DNA from: Histomonas meleagridis 2922-C6/04-290x
Lineage: Eukaryota; Protista; Parabasalia
Assembly (NCBI GenBank): GCA_020184695.1
Contig: JAANOX010000153.1
Coordinates: 1-64,000 of the forward strand
DNA length: 64,000 nucleotides
Direction: 5' to 3'
Shown: in pieces, positions 53,334 through 64,000 of the stretch
How the letters are laid out: the number at the start of each line of letters is the position of its first letter
Numbering within the stretch: the first letter of the stretch is position 1
Notes under the pieces: generated by a model
Databases searched by the model: none
What the model was told of the DNA's origin: nothing
Seen by the model: only the letters and a program-made list of their open reading frames with translations
Program-made: the position numbers and the translations under genes

Positions 53334-54575
53334 TTAATTATTGCTCTTACTGCTTCCAACAAACACAACTGTTGCCTGATTAATTTTCTTTCTATTCAAA
53401 CAATGGTGGACTATTATTGCAACAAATCCTCCGACTAAGCACAAAGCAATAATGACGCCAACAATTGCTTGAACATATACCTTTGGTTGCTTCCACTTAT
53501 AATGACTATGTGCCCAGCAACCGTTTGTTATAACGGTCTCCAAATCGGCGAAATCGTTTTCGTTAATCTCAGAAAAAGTGGAATTGTTCATTGACAAAAC
53601 GTTGTTGATGTCATCAGTTAAATCTGCGCTACTTCCTTTGTCAAACTTGCAATTTTCGACAATTATCTTTGCGTCATTAAGGTAGAAGTACTTAGTGCAT
53701 TCACATTTATAGAAAACTACAGATTGATATGATTGAACATAGTTAGAAACGGTTATGAGATATGAGTCTGACTTGCAATTAATGATGTTAGAGTAGTTAA
53801 ATGGAGAGTTTGGTTGGATGTTGACAAATGATGCAATTGCATTCTTTGATACAACATTAGAGAGTGTTATATGTGAAATATTAAGCCAATGAGTAGGTTG
53901 GAGTGAAAACGCTGCACTGTTTGTGAGACTTATGGATGTGAAGTTGGATGATTTAATGACAATATCTCTGGCACTTGTAAAGAGTACTGATGTACTTGTT
54001 GAATTATCCTTCTCTTCGAAGTCATCGAAGTAGCTGCCTTCGATTGAAATGTTTGTGGTAATATCAGGAGCAAAAATTGCTGCACCATATGGAGCAAAAC
54101 AATTATTAAAGCAGCCTTGTGTGAAATTAAGATGAGGTATAATAGAGTAAATAGCACCACCCTTAATATTAGAAGAACAATTGCTGAATGAACTGAAATT
54201 GCAAAACATATAAGTATCAGAAATAACAAAGATAGCACCTCCAGAAGAATCAGAGTGGCAATTGGTAAATGTCATTTCGGTAACAAGTATTTCGCTTTTA
54301 TCTGAAAGAATTGTTTGCTCGTTATCTATATCAATTCTTAAAAGTTCATATGTGCTTTCTATATGAATTGGGGATGATAAAAATGATTGCATTGAGCTTC
54401 TTGAAAATATGGCTTTACCTCTAAACAGAGTTGATGAATAAAATGGACTTAAGAAATAAGATAAGCGAGATGAATCAAGTTTGAAGCTAGTTCTGGAGTG
54501 CGACGAAGCAGCATGGATAAATGGTGATGAAGACAACGAAGATAGCACCAAAGATGCAAGCGTCGTATTCAACAT
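53334..54575 (-). CDS. Pmp-like (GGAI-repeat beta-helix) single-pass membrane protein
   Basis: SSGGAIF, KGGAIY and YGAAIF motifs; C-terminal TM IVGVIIALCLVGGFVAIIV. Confidence 0.7.
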   Translation of the reverse strand: MLNTTLASLVLSSLSSSPFIHAASSHSRTSFKLDSSRLSYFLSPFYSSTLFRGKAIFSRSSMQSFLSSPIHIESTYELLRIDIDNEQTILSDKSEILVTEMTFTNCHSDSSGGAIFVISDTYMFCNFSSFSNCSSNIKGGAIYSIIPHLNFTQGCFNNCFAPYGAAIFAPDITTNISIEGSYFDDFEEKDNSTSTSVLFTSARDIVIKSSNFTSISLTNSAAFSLQPTHWLNISHITLSNVVSKNAIASFVNIQPNSPFNYSNIINCKSDSYLITVSNYVQSYQSVVFYKCECTKYFYLNDAKIIVENCKFDKGSSADLTDDINNVLSMNNSTFSEINENDFADLETVITNGCWAHSHYKWKQPKVYVQAIVGVIIALCLVGGFVAIIVHHCLNRKKINQATVVFVGSSKSNN

Positions 54576-55388
54576 TTTTGGATTTCAAGAAAACCACCAA
54601 AACCGCCCCGCTTTCAATGCGCAACTGTCAGTGAGTTATTTGAATTAGGGGCCGTTTATTTAAACAAAAGTGCTAATGAAGACTTTCTCAATAAGTTGTG
54701 ATTGAATTAAAAATGAACGTCTAAACCTATGAGTTCACACAGCCAGTTATCCTCTCAAATAGCAAAGGGGGCTCAAAATTTCTTGCAAATATTTGTGAAA
54801 TCAAATTTGGAAATATGGTTTCCAGACTTATGGAAATTTATAGTTGCCTTATTTTTTTTTTAAAACTTTGGGGTTGAGAACACACGCTAGTAACCAGTCT
54901 TCTTCGAGAAGTCTATTTTCTAGAACCTGAAAGTTATGACATTCAACTTATACCAAGACACAAATCTTCAATATTTATAATTCTTTTAGTCATCGGAGTT
55001 GTCATTTTCTTCTTTGGTAAAAATAAAAGCAAAAGCAAAAAAGAATTTTCGAGTCAACTTACAGAAAGTCAAAACGCATATTGTTAAAGATTTCAATGAA
55101 TATGTTGTATATGAAGAAGATCAATGGCTTTAAGGCGTTGCTTGTTTCATAATGAAACATCTGAGCACAAAATTTAATAAAAATTTCGCATAATAATTCA
55201 TGTTTCGAAAGTTTTTCATGAAAGTCTTTATGTTCGTTATCTTTGATCCATCAAATCCGTTTTAAATTCGTATAAACCAATTCCAATAATTTTTAATTGG
55301 ATCCATAACACAAAATATCACTGTAAAATAAAAATGCTTCAAATCGTTAAAACAATTTCAATTTCTTTAAAGACGGTTTATTTAATCT

Positions 55389-57230
55389 TTAGTCTGTAAA
55401 TGCTCTGAATCTATCTTCGATTTCGTTGTACAATTGCTTATAGTGGTCGACACATTTCTCTTCTCCGTCTTTAGGATCCACGAATTTCATTTGGATCAGC
55501 TTTTGTATCTGTGGTGCCAAGAAGTTCGCTATTGATTCGTATGTCACTCTTTTCTCTCCTGACGCCGCCTCATTGAGTTCGTGTTTCGCCAAGTCGTAGA
55601 AGTGCAGCATGTTCTTCAGCATCCAGAATGTCTTCCACATCGGCGACACTTTATCGTACGGCGTGTAGCTGTTTTGCTGCAAGAAGTCCTCTCGAATCAT
55701 TCTCGCGACTTCCAGTGTCAACTTGTCGGGTTCCGCCAACGAGTCCTTGCCGACCAATTGCACAATTTCCTGCAGCTCTTGTTCCTCCTGAAGCAGTTGT
55801 CTCACTTCAGTTCTTAACGATGGGAAATCGGGATCAAACGACACGAAGTATGGCCTCAACACGTCGTCGTACTTCGAATATGATAATGTCCACGAGACAG
55901 AAGGGAAGTGTTTCCTTTGCGCAAGCTTCTTATCGAGTCCCCAGAACACTTGCACGACTTGCAGTGTGGCTGTGGTCACTGGATCGCCGGCGATATCACC
56001 GCCAGGTGGAGACACAGCGCCGACAACAGTAACTGATCCTTCGCGTCCAGGGTTACCAATTGTGCGCACTTTGCCTGCGCGCTCGTAAAATGAGTCCAAA
56101 CGAGCGCCCAAGTACGCAGGGAAGCCCGAGTCTGCAGGCATTTCGGCCAAACGACCGGAGATTTCACGTAACGCTTCGGCCCAACGCGATGAAGAGTCCG
56201 CAAGCATTGTCATGTTGTAGCCCATATCTCTGTAGTATTCGGCTAATGTGATGCCGGTGTAGATGGAGGCTTCACGTGCGGCAACGGGCATGTTCGAAGT
56301 GTTCGCAACAAGACATGTGCGGTCCATAATTGGATGCTCGACGCCATTAAGTTCGCAGGTGAGTTCGGGGAACTCCATAAGTACTTCGGCCATTTCGTTT
56401 CCGCGTTCGCCACAGCCGACATAGATAATACCATTGGAGTTGGAGTATTTGGATAACGCTTGTGAGATAACTGTCTTGCCACAGCCGAAGGCTCCGGGAA
56501 TTGCACATGTACCACCTTGGACAACTGGAAATAGACAGTCGAGAACACGCTGGCCAGTGATAAGTGGATACGTACCGTTCAATTTAGATGCAAATGGGCG
56601 TGGAGTACGAACTGGCCATTCTTGGAGCATTGGATATTCACGTTCTTTGCCATCAAACTCAATGCAGACAATTGGCTCTTTGACTGTGTATGAACCGGAT
56701 TGTGCAAGCCATTTGAGTGTTCCATGTGCTTTAGGTGGTAACATAATTTGATGACGAATTAATGAAGTTTCTTGAACATAACCTACAATGTCACCGCCTG
56801 TTAAAGGATCACCAACTTTAAGTTTGTCATTAGGTACAAATGGCCATTGACGATCCATATTTAAGGCTACTGCATCAACACCACGTGGAATAAAAACACT
56901 TCCACTCTTTTCACTGATATCTTTAAGTGGACGTTGAATACCATCATAAATGTTTGTCATAAGTCCAGGACCTAATAAAACAGAAAGTGGCTTTCCAGTA
57001 CCTGTAACAGGATCGCCAACTGTAAGACCTGAAGTTTCTTCGTATACTTGAATTGTAGCTGTATCGTGTTCTAATTGAATGATTTCTCCTACTAATTTTT
57101 CTTTACCAACACGAACTAATTCATACATTGCGGCACCAGTCATCTTCTCTGCAATAACGACGGGACCACTAATCGAGTAGATGGACCCACAGAGCTGTTC
57201 TTGGCGATTTGCTTCGACTGTTGTAAACAT
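55389..57230 (-). CDS. VMA1: V-type H+-ATPase catalytic subunit A
   Basis: GAFGCGKT P-loop, [26 protein letters not shown] and RKHFPS; no intein. Confidence 0.97.
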   Translation of the reverse strand: MFTTVEANRQEQLCGSIYSISGPVVIAEKMTGAAMYELVRVGKEKLVGEIIQLEHDTATIQVYEETSGLTVGDPVTGTGKPLSVLLGPGLMTNIYDGIQRPLKDISEKSGSVFIPRGVDAVALNMDRQWPFVPNDKLKVGDPLTGGDIVGYVQETSLIRHQIMLPPKAHGTLKWLAQSGSYTVKEPIVCIEFDGKEREYPMLQEWPVRTPRPFASKLNGTYPLITGQRVLDCLFPVVQGGTCAIPGAFGCGKTVISQALSKYSNSNGIIYVGCGERGNEMAEVLMEFPELTCELNGVEHPIMDRTCLVANTSNMPVAAREASIYTGITLAEYYRDMGYNMTMLADSSSRWAEALREISGRLAEMPADSGFPAYLGARLDSFYERAGKVRTIGNPGREGSVTVVGAVSPPGGDIAGDPVTTATLQVVQVFWGLDKKLAQRKHFPSVSWTLSYSKYDDVLRPYFVSFDPDFPSLRTEVRQLLQEEQELQEIVQLVGKDSLAEPDKLTLEVARMIREDFLQQNSYTPYDKVSPMWKTFWMLKNMLHFYDLAKHELNEAASGEKRVTYESIANFLAPQIQKLIQMKFVDPKDGEEKCVDHYKQLYNEIEDRFRAFTD

Positions 57231-57712
57231 TTAAAATGGTTTTGCTTATCAACGACGGTTATAAAGAAATGTTATGTAAAAAATGATAAACTTAACGATC
57301 TCCAATTGGTTTTGCATAAAAGAATTCATTTCTATAAAATAAAAACAAAACAAAATACTCATTGTACATATTTTAAATATTTTAATATTTGTAATAACAT
57401 ATTATCGATTAATTATAAAATTTAAAAAAAAACAATTTGCAATTTAATTGATTAATAATTATTTAGCTACTATTTAAATTAATTTGACTAACTAACATAT
57501 AAGTAATTTAAAAAACTATTAAATGATATTATTTTTTAATAATGATAGACTCATTAAATGAAGCTATCTTTATAATTAGTATAAATTTGACATCGAACCC
57601 AAAATTTGTATGGGAGTAAACCCCAAACCGATCACAACTGATTCCTATCGGGGATTGAAAAAACATTTGCATTTGAATGTAAGTTGGGGGTTACCATGTA
57701 CCACAATTCATT

Positions 57713-58327
57713 ATGGACGAAAACGAGGTCAAAGTAGTTCTTCTTGGTCAGTCAGCAGTCGGAAAGACATGTATTGTTTCATACCTCATAAATGGAAAGT
57801 ATGATGATTCTGCTTCACCAACTTTAGGTGCTTCATATGCTTCTAAAACTCTTGATGTTGATGGAAAGAAAGTTTCTCTTCAAATTTGGGATACAGCAGG
57901 TCAAGAGAGATTCCGTGTTTTAGCTCCTATGTACTATCGTGGTGCTCAAGCAGCTATTCTTTGTTATTCAATTATTGACGAATCTACTTTCACAGAAATT
58001 GATTACTGGTCAAGTAACTTAAAGGAAAATGCTGGCCCAGATGTAGAACTTTTCCTCGTTGGAAACAAATGTGATCTTGAAAAAGATCGTATCATCTCTG
58101 AAGAACAAGGTAATGCAAAAGCTTCATCAATAGGCGCACAGTTCTTTGAAACATCTGCTTTAACAGGTTCTGGTATTGAAGATCTTTTCACAACAATTTC
58201 CAAAAAATGTCTTGAAAATATGAATGAACCAAATGGAGGTGCATCAACAGGCGATGATGACAAACCAAAGACAGCTGATTTAGCAAAATCTGAACCTAGT
58301 TCACAAAAGAAGAAGTTCAAGTGCTAA
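57713..58327 (+). CDS. Rab GTPase, Rab5/21-like
   Basis: GQSAVGKT, TLGASY, WDTAGQERFRVLAPMYYRGA, NKCD and ETSA motifs; terminal Cys. Confidence 0.92.
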   Translation: MDENEVKVVLLGQSAVGKTCIVSYLINGKYDDSASPTLGASYASKTLDVDGKKVSLQIWDTAGQERFRVLAPMYYRGAQAAILCYSIIDESTFTEIDYWSSNLKENAGPDVELFLVGNKCDLEKDRIISEEQGNAKASSIGAQFFETSALTGSGIEDLFTTISKKCLENMNEPNGGASTGDDDKPKTADLAKSEPSSQKKKFKC

Positions 58328-58415
58328 AAATTAATCGTTTAATCAAACTTACAATAGCTAAAAATCACGTGCAAGCATTTTTTATATTGGAATTATTTTG
58401 TTTTAATGAGTTTCG

Positions 58416-59780
58416 ATGATATTTTTTCTTCCACGGTTAGATGGAGACCGTTTGTTTCATATGAAAACAGAAGAAGAATTCCTTGAATTTCAAAATCAAC
58501 TTGCTGATTTAGGTCAAGAAGTTGCTATACTAAACGAAAAGCTTGAGCGTTTAGAATCTGAGAGTGGTAAACTTACAAAATTAAAATTAGAATTACAACA
58601 ATGTGAAATCAATAGGGAAAAATTAAAAAAAACTCATGAAGATACAGTAAAATCAATCAAAGAACAAATCGCTCAAAAAAGAAAACAAGCTCAAGAAGAA
58701 GCAGAAGCAAAGCAACAAGAAGTTCCGAACAAAATTAATGAAATCAACAAAAAAATAAATGAAGCAATTAAGCAAACTAAAGAAAAACAAGACCTTATTG
58801 CTCAACTTCAATCCCAAATTCAAAATCATGCAGAAAAACTTCGTGAAAAACAACAGCGATATGAATTCTTACAGACAAAAATAGCACAAATTACGCCCTA
58901 TGCTCGTTTTCTATCGCAATCTCGTTGCCTTCCGATGTATATCGAAGATCTTACAATGAAAGTTTCTACTCTCCATAAGCAAACCATCAATAATCACACA
59001 TCTTTAGCAGAACTTGATCAAAAAGTCACTGATCTTCATCACTACAATGATACCATTGGTCAAAAAATCAAAGAAAGAGCTTCACAAGTCCAACAACTTC
59101 AAACAGAACATCAATCAATTCTTGATCAAATATCTGATTTCAACACAAAAATCCAAAAATCTCAAAACGAAATTGACGAAATACCAGAAAAGCTTAAACA
59201 GGCACAAGAGGCATATGATAAAGCACTTATTCAACATGAAGAACGACTTAAAAGCCACAAAATCACAATCAACGAACTGAACACTAAACTTAACGAGAAC
59301 AAGAAAAAACAAAACGAACTCGAGCAACAAATCGAACGTATCAAAGAGCAAACTGAAAAAGAGAACGAAGAGAACACAAAAAAGATACAAAGTCTTCGAA
59401 AAAAACTTGCGAACATTCGAAACAATGGAATTGATGACGAACGTCCATCGATTGATCGGGAACTTCAGCTTCAAATAAACCAACAATTGAACGTGAAGGC
59501 AGCGCTTGAAGATAAAACGCAAATGCTTTTGGAGGCTGTTTCGATTGTCGAAGCCGATTTGCGTGAGAAAGACAAGAAATTACAGATTTTAGAGTTCCAG
59601 AAAATATTACCTCCGAACTTGTTGGCGAATGAAGAGCTACAGCAGAGAAGAAAGGCTGTGGAGGAACTTGTTTTACAAAATATTCAACTTCGTGATGCAT
59701 TTATAGATATGACAAATCAGAAATTACGATTAATGGAAGAAAATGACTTGGTGAGAAAAAGAATAAAAGAAACTGAGTAA
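58416..59780 (+). CDS. Coiled-coil protein
   Basis: 454-aa Q/E/K-rich heptad ORF. Confidence 0.8.
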   Translation: MIFFLPRLDGDRLFHMKTEEEFLEFQNQLADLGQEVAILNEKLERLESESGKLTKLKLELQQCEINREKLKKTHEDTVKSIKEQIAQKRKQAQEEAEAKQQEVPNKINEINKKINEAIKQTKEKQDLIAQLQSQIQNHAEKLREKQQRYEFLQTKIAQITPYARFLSQSRCLPMYIEDLTMKVSTLHKQTINNHTSLAELDQKVTDLHHYNDTIGQKIKERASQVQQLQTEHQSILDQISDFNTKIQKSQNEIDEIPEKLKQAQEAYDKALIQHEERLKSHKITINELNTKLNENKKKQNELEQQIERIKEQTEKENEENTKKIQSLRKKLANIRNNGIDDERPSIDRELQLQINQQLNVKAALEDKTQMLLEAVSIVEADLREKDKKLQILEFQKILPPNLLANEELQQRRKAVEELVLQNIQLRDAFIDMTNQKLRLMEENDLVRKRIKETE

Positions 59781-59797
59781 AAATGAGTTAGTGTTGT

Positions 59798-60199
59798 TTA
59801 ATCCTTTCCTGCTTTCTTGGCACGGATCTTCTTGCAATGACCACAGCGCTTATGACGGCATTGTTCAGCACGGGCTGAAAGACGTGCATAGCATTTGCGG
59901 CAAATTCTGCGTTGAACGTTTGTCTTTTCAGCAAGAAGACGAAGGGATGGCTCATAGCTATCCTTACCACCGCCACCACGAAGACGGAGAACAAGATGGA
60001 GGGTGCTGTCCTTCTGAATGGAATAGTCTTGAAGTGTGTTACCATCTTCTAATTGTTTACCAGCAAAAATCAAACGTTGTTGATCTGGTGGAATTCCTTC
60101 CTTGTCTTGGATCTTGGACTTAACATCTTCAATACGATCGGTTGGTTCAACTTCAAGTGTAATGTGCTTTCCTGTGAGTGTCTTGACAAAGATTTGCAT
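59798..60199 (-). CDS. UBA52: Ubiquitin-eL40 fusion
   Basis: [17 protein letters not shown] followed by [24 protein letters not shown]. Confidence 0.96.
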   Translation of the reverse strand: MQIFVKTLTGKHITLEVEPTDRIEDVKSKIQDKEGIPPDQQRLIFAGKQLEDGNTLQDYSIQKDSTLHLVLRLRGGGGKDSYEPSLRLLAEKTNVQRRICRKCYARLSARAEQCRHKRCGHCKKIRAKKAGKD

Positions 60200-60205
60200 C
60201 CTGTG

Positions 60206-60225
60206 AAAGGGTTGGACCAAAACCG
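60206..60225 (-). promoter_or_regulatory. M3-like CGGTTTTGGTCC plus M5-like CCTTT upstream of Ub-eL40
   Basis: 12-mer at 60225-60214, CCTTT at 60210-60206, ATG 6 nt later. Confidence 0.65.
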
Positions 60226-60415
60226 CCGTAAAAGGGCACCCCAAAATAACCGAAAGAAGAAACTGACAAATTTAAAATCGTTTTTATTTCTTTCATTAAA
60301 GTAACAACAAAAGCACTTCTTATTTGCAAAACTGGAAACGACAAAAACAGAAATTGATGTATATTTATGGATTTATTAAATAAAAATTGACAAGTTATGA
60401 TTTACATTAAAATTC

Positions 60416-61189
60416 TTATTTTCGCAAGAATTGTTCTAGATCTTTCCGAAGTGAAACTGACTCGCTAGTGCTTTGTTTGCTTTCTTGTTCATTTGGTTGC
60501 AAGTATTGGGAATCCATATTTGGAAGGAAATAACCAAACGAATTAGAAAACAAAGAAAACCCTGAATGAAACAATGGCCCAACCTGAGAGTCAGTTGGAT
60601 GCGGTGGTTGGAACGTATTACTAACATTTAAATTCGAAAATAAATTCGAATTCTGTTGGTTTGTTGGAACTTGAACAATTGGTGGCGGCAAAATATTTTG
60701 GAATGTAGGAGGCTTCAAGTTTATTATTGCTGGAGGAACTCTTTGTGCATTCAAACGTATTTCATTTGGCTGAGGTGTTGAATAAACAGGTTGAGCTTTC
60801 TTTTCTTTCTGTTTTGTAGTTTCTACAAAAGTGTATCTTACTTCTTCAAGTTCTGTAATCATAAAAAATTCGAAAATTGACATGGAAAGAGGTAATTGAA
60901 TATGTGAATTACCATGTTGTGCATAAAGCGCAACTTGAAAGTTGTCTGAATTGCAATTTCCAAGTTGCTGTATGTAATTAGCGATTGATCTTAAATGTGT
61001 TCCATTTGTAACTTTAATTCTCTGTAATGGATTTTTTTTGTTCTGCGAAATTCTTTTGTTGTCGACATTTTTTAGGGGAACTATCTTTATGTATTGTTCA
61101 TCCATTAACCTAAGACCGAGTCGGTTTTGCAGAGTCGCCCCATAACGATAGCTATCATTTGGCGCCAAATTATTTCCACAACATTTCAT
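60416..61189 (-). CDS. Hypothetical protein, possible TKI1/CRAMP1-like domain plus a P/Q/N-rich tail
   Basis: 257-aa ORF; see the finding for the motif spacing. Confidence 0.65.
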   Translation of the reverse strand: MKCCGNNLAPNDSYRYGATLQNRLGLRLMDEQYIKIVPLKNVDNKRISQNKKNPLQRIKVTNGTHLRSIANYIQQLGNCNSDNFQVALYAQHGNSHIQLPLSMSIFEFFMITELEEVRYTFVETTKQKEKKAQPVYSTPQPNEIRLNAQRVPPAIINLKPPTFQNILPPPIVQVPTNQQNSNLFSNLNVSNTFQPPHPTDSQVGPLFHSGFSLFSNSFGYFLPNMDSQYLQPNEQESKQSTSESVSLRKDLEQFLRK

Positions 61190-61239
61190 TATTATTCATT
61201 TGAAAACTTCTTCACATTTTCATTATTTTTTTCTTTTAT

Positions 61240-61720
61240 ATCTCCTTCAACAATTTCACAATTATTCATTCGATAGCCTCTTCTACAATTTCACTATTTC
61301 TTCACTATATAAACTATTAAATATATGTAATTCAATAAAATGAATCAAGACAAAGATTTATATAAATATATCTAATGAATAATTATATAGTGTATAAATG
61401 TTTATGTTTAAAATCTTTCATAAAGTGATGTCTCGATATTTTGATTAAAGTCTTCATGTGATATTTCTTTAAGTTTTTCGATATTTATATAACTTCTTCT
61501 ACAATTTCACTATTTCTTCACTATATAAACTATTAAATATATGTAATTCAATAAAATGAATCAAGACAAAGATTTATATAAATATATCTAATGAATAATT
61601 ATATAGTGTATAAATGTTTATGTTTAAAATCTTTCATAAAGTGATGTCTCGATATTTTGATTAAAGTCTTCATGTGATATTTCTTTAAGTTTTTCGATAT
61701 TTATATAACTTCTTCTACAA
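61240..61720 (-). pseudogene. Decayed DUF3447/ankyrin-family fragment, duplicated
   Basis: IEKLKEISHEDFNQNIETSLYERF* and EEIVKL* match IEKLQEISSQANFDFNQTIEPSLYER and EEIIHL in the gene at 94-2042. Confidence 0.7.
61281..61720. repeat. Exact 216-bp tandem duplication
   Basis: TTCTACAA starts at 61281, 61497 and 61713, and the two full units appear identical on reading. Confidence 0.95.
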
Positions 61721-61779
61721 AACTTTTTGTGAATTTGAAAAAGTTATCTAATTTTATGTTTATTGAACAAATTACTACT

Positions 61780-63378
61780 CTAAAACTCTTTAATATTTTT
61801 CAGCTCAGTATCTTTTTCTGTATCGATTTGATTTTGTGACGATGACGACGTCGAGTTACTTATTTCCTTTAGCTCTGGGTCACCGTCTTCTTCTTCATCT
61901 TCTTCGTTATCATTAATTCCTTCGGACTCCTTTGATTTCTTATATATTATATAGAATGAACGCGCAATCCAAATGAACGAAATGACGAATGCTGTCACAT
62001 AACTTGCCGGATAAGCCCACAGCACTCGCGTTTGGTCATCAGTTGGCACGTAATAAAAGATGAATGCAAAGATAACGATCGTAACAAAGTTATTAATAAA
62101 GCTTAAAACTGTTGCTTGTGTACCTTTTTGTAATGCTTGCAAAAACGTTTGAGCATTATATCGAAAAACTTGGAAGATAGCAAACCCATTACAAATGGTG
62201 ATGATTGAAGAAAATCGAAGATATCCTTCTTCCGTAGAAAATATCATTGCAAGATATCGTGGAATAGACCACGTGAGTATCGACAAAACTGCTGCCCACG
62301 ATAGGTTCATCCAAAAAGTGTGCATCGTTAACCGCATAAACCGCTTGTATCGGCCGGCAGAATATGCATATGAAGCTGCTGGCAAATATCCCATCGTAAA
62401 GCCAACCATAACAGCATTTGATAGGGCTAATATACGAAAACCGGCATTGAAGGCTGACATGACATCATTATAATCTTCTTTAACTCGATCACCTAATAAT
62501 TTACGAACAAGAATGGAGGGTAAAAGAACTGATAAGTTCGCAATAAGTTGCGAAATACCAACACGTAATGCAGGTAATGTATGTGGACTGAACTTCTTGA
62601 GTAACATATTCCATTTTGGTTTGACATTAAAATGACCTGAAAAATACATGAAAACTAACGTAAAACCTGGAATCATTTCAGCTATGATAGTCGCAAGACC
62701 TGCTCCAACAATTCCTGTTTTGATACCAAACAAGAATAATGGATTGAGAATTAACATATTACAAACAACAGCGATTAAGTTAACAACACCAAAGAAAAGT
62801 GACCTTCCTTCACCTTGCAAACAGCCACCAACTCCTAAAAAAAAGCATGTTGAAAATGTACAAATACAAAGTGGCAGCATATAATCAAAACCTAAGCTAA
62901 CAACTCTCTCAGAGGCTCCAAACCATCTCCCAGCTGGCTTAAGGCAAGGGATTAAAATACAAGGTACAACAATACCACAAACTATACATATACGCAATAA
63001 ATCAGCTATAACCTGCCCAGTTTCTTCAGTTTTGTGTAAACCAATAAGAGATGATATCTTTGATGAACCGGCTGTACCAATGAAATAGCCAAAGGCTCTA
63101 CCAATTCCATCAAAACAATTATATGTTGAAATAGCAGCCATACCATCCGGAACTGCTCTTGAAACCCATATCGTTGTTACAATACCATACAAGGCACCTG
63201 TAATTTGAGACAAAAGAGGTCCGATGGACAATTTGAAATCTGTTTTTAAAGCACGATGAGCTCCCAAACGTCTTTCTTCTTTTGTCATATTCTCTGGGTC
63301 GAACTGTTTTTTCTTGTCTGTATTTTGAACAAGATTTTTTTCGCTGCTTTCGAGCTCTTCAACTTGGAAATCAGACAT
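61780..63378 (-). CDS. MATE family efflux transporter
   Basis: Two-fold multi-TM organisation with GCLQGEGRS, LNPLFLFGIKTGIVGAGLAT and FLQALQK; acidic tail. Confidence 0.9.
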   Translation of the reverse strand: MSDFQVEELESSEKNLVQNTDKKKQFDPENMTKEERRLGAHRALKTDFKLSIGPLLSQITGALYGIVTTIWVSRAVPDGMAAISTYNCFDGIGRAFGYFIGTAGSSKISSLIGLHKTEETGQVIADLLRICIVCGIVVPCILIPCLKPAGRWFGASERVVSLGFDYMLPLCICTFSTCFFLGVGGCLQGEGRSLFFGVVNLIAVVCNMLILNPLFLFGIKTGIVGAGLATIIAEMIPGFTLVFMYFSGHFNVKPKWNMLLKKFSPHTLPALRVGISQLIANLSVLLPSILVRKLLGDRVKEDYNDVMSAFNAGFRILALSNAVMVGFTMGYLPAASYAYSAGRYKRFMRLTMHTFWMNLSWAAVLSILTWSIPRYLAMIFSTEEGYLRFSSIITICNGFAIFQVFRYNAQTFLQALQKGTQATVLSFINNFVTIVIFAFIFYYVPTDDQTRVLWAYPASYVTAFVISFIWIARSFYIIYKKSKESEGINDNEEDEEEDGDPELKEISNSTSSSSQNQIDTEKDTELKNIKEF

Positions 63379-64000
63379 AAGAATGGCAAATGACGGTTTG
63401 GCCTTTGATAGCTTTTTCAACAATATCGGCCATATCCCTTTCAATTTTCAAAGCGTTGTTTTCTTTCTTATCATTTGACAAACCCGAACTCAAAAAAATT
63501 GTTTGAACCATTGAACAATAAAAATTGAGAGATTACGTTTTTGTACGAAAATCGACTTTTTGCATACAAGTTAATCGTCTTTTCCATTCAAAATATTTTT
63601 TTATCCATAATTGTAAAGATCTTTGTGCTTCTACCAGACGCTAAACTTTTAAAGGTACGGGAATTTTAATAGTTTTTATACTAATGTCGTCATAACATTG
63701 TATTCTTCAGTTTCAGTACTGAATTTTTAAAAATGGACCAATAAACGTCGTAAAATTTAAACGGCCGTTAATAACATTTTTGAAAGAAATTGAATGGTTT
63801 ATTATACCAAAGTCCAATCTTCCAAAAATAATTTAAAGTTGTAAATTTACAACTGTGATAATTCATAGAATTTTTCTATGCTTTGAAAAATTCGTTTACA
63901 ACAACTCAACAGAAGCCACGCAAAATAATTTGCGTTATTATCGTATTTGTTAAGTAATTATTTCCAAATAATCAAAAAATTGAGCGTATTATAACTATAT

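Noticed and set aside
55389-57230. VMA1-type intein
   Set aside because: The protein is normal length (613 aa) and continuous through GCGERGNEM.
1-64000. Transposable elements (Maverick/Polinton, mariner, Mutator)
   Set aside because: No transposase, integrase or polymerase ORF, and no terminal inverted repeats with target-site duplications were recognised.

Overview
AT-rich, gene-dense eukaryotic DNA, most likely from a parabasalid protist (Trichomonas/Tritrichomonas/Histomonas type). That assignment is inferred from the BspA-like LRR and DUF3447-ankyrin families, a Trichomonas-type divergent ubiquitin, and Inr/M3/M5-like promoter motifs. It holds about 30 protein genes: MON2, eIF4G-like, BEACH, RPL23, 7TM-RGS, Aha1-N, two karyopherin-like genes, Snf7, a PP2A-family phosphatase, HSP70, RPL3, two Rabs, MAP65, a Pmp-like gene, V-ATPase A, Ub-eL40, MATE and four BspA-like genes. 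There is also one tRNA-Thr(UGU), several pseudogene relics and two tandem repeats. No canonical intron, transposon or CRISPR array was seen. The strongest unexplained signal is at 94-2042 (-). This ankyrin gene is cut four times, at the same codon of each repeat, by AT-rich spacers that are each exactly 68 nt long, differ strongly in sequence and lack GT-AG ends. Removing them restores one 558-aa ORF, which suggests a non-canonical intron or bypass mechanism. Other notable signals are ~160-codon stop-free leaders on three surface BspA genes (one with no AUG), a BspA/ADP-ribosyltransferase-like tail-to-tail collision, and sharp GC-rich patches at gene 3' ends. All family calls come from motif recognition by eye; no searches were run. 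Several single-base frameshifts (including one in RPL3) suggest the assembly may contain indel errors.
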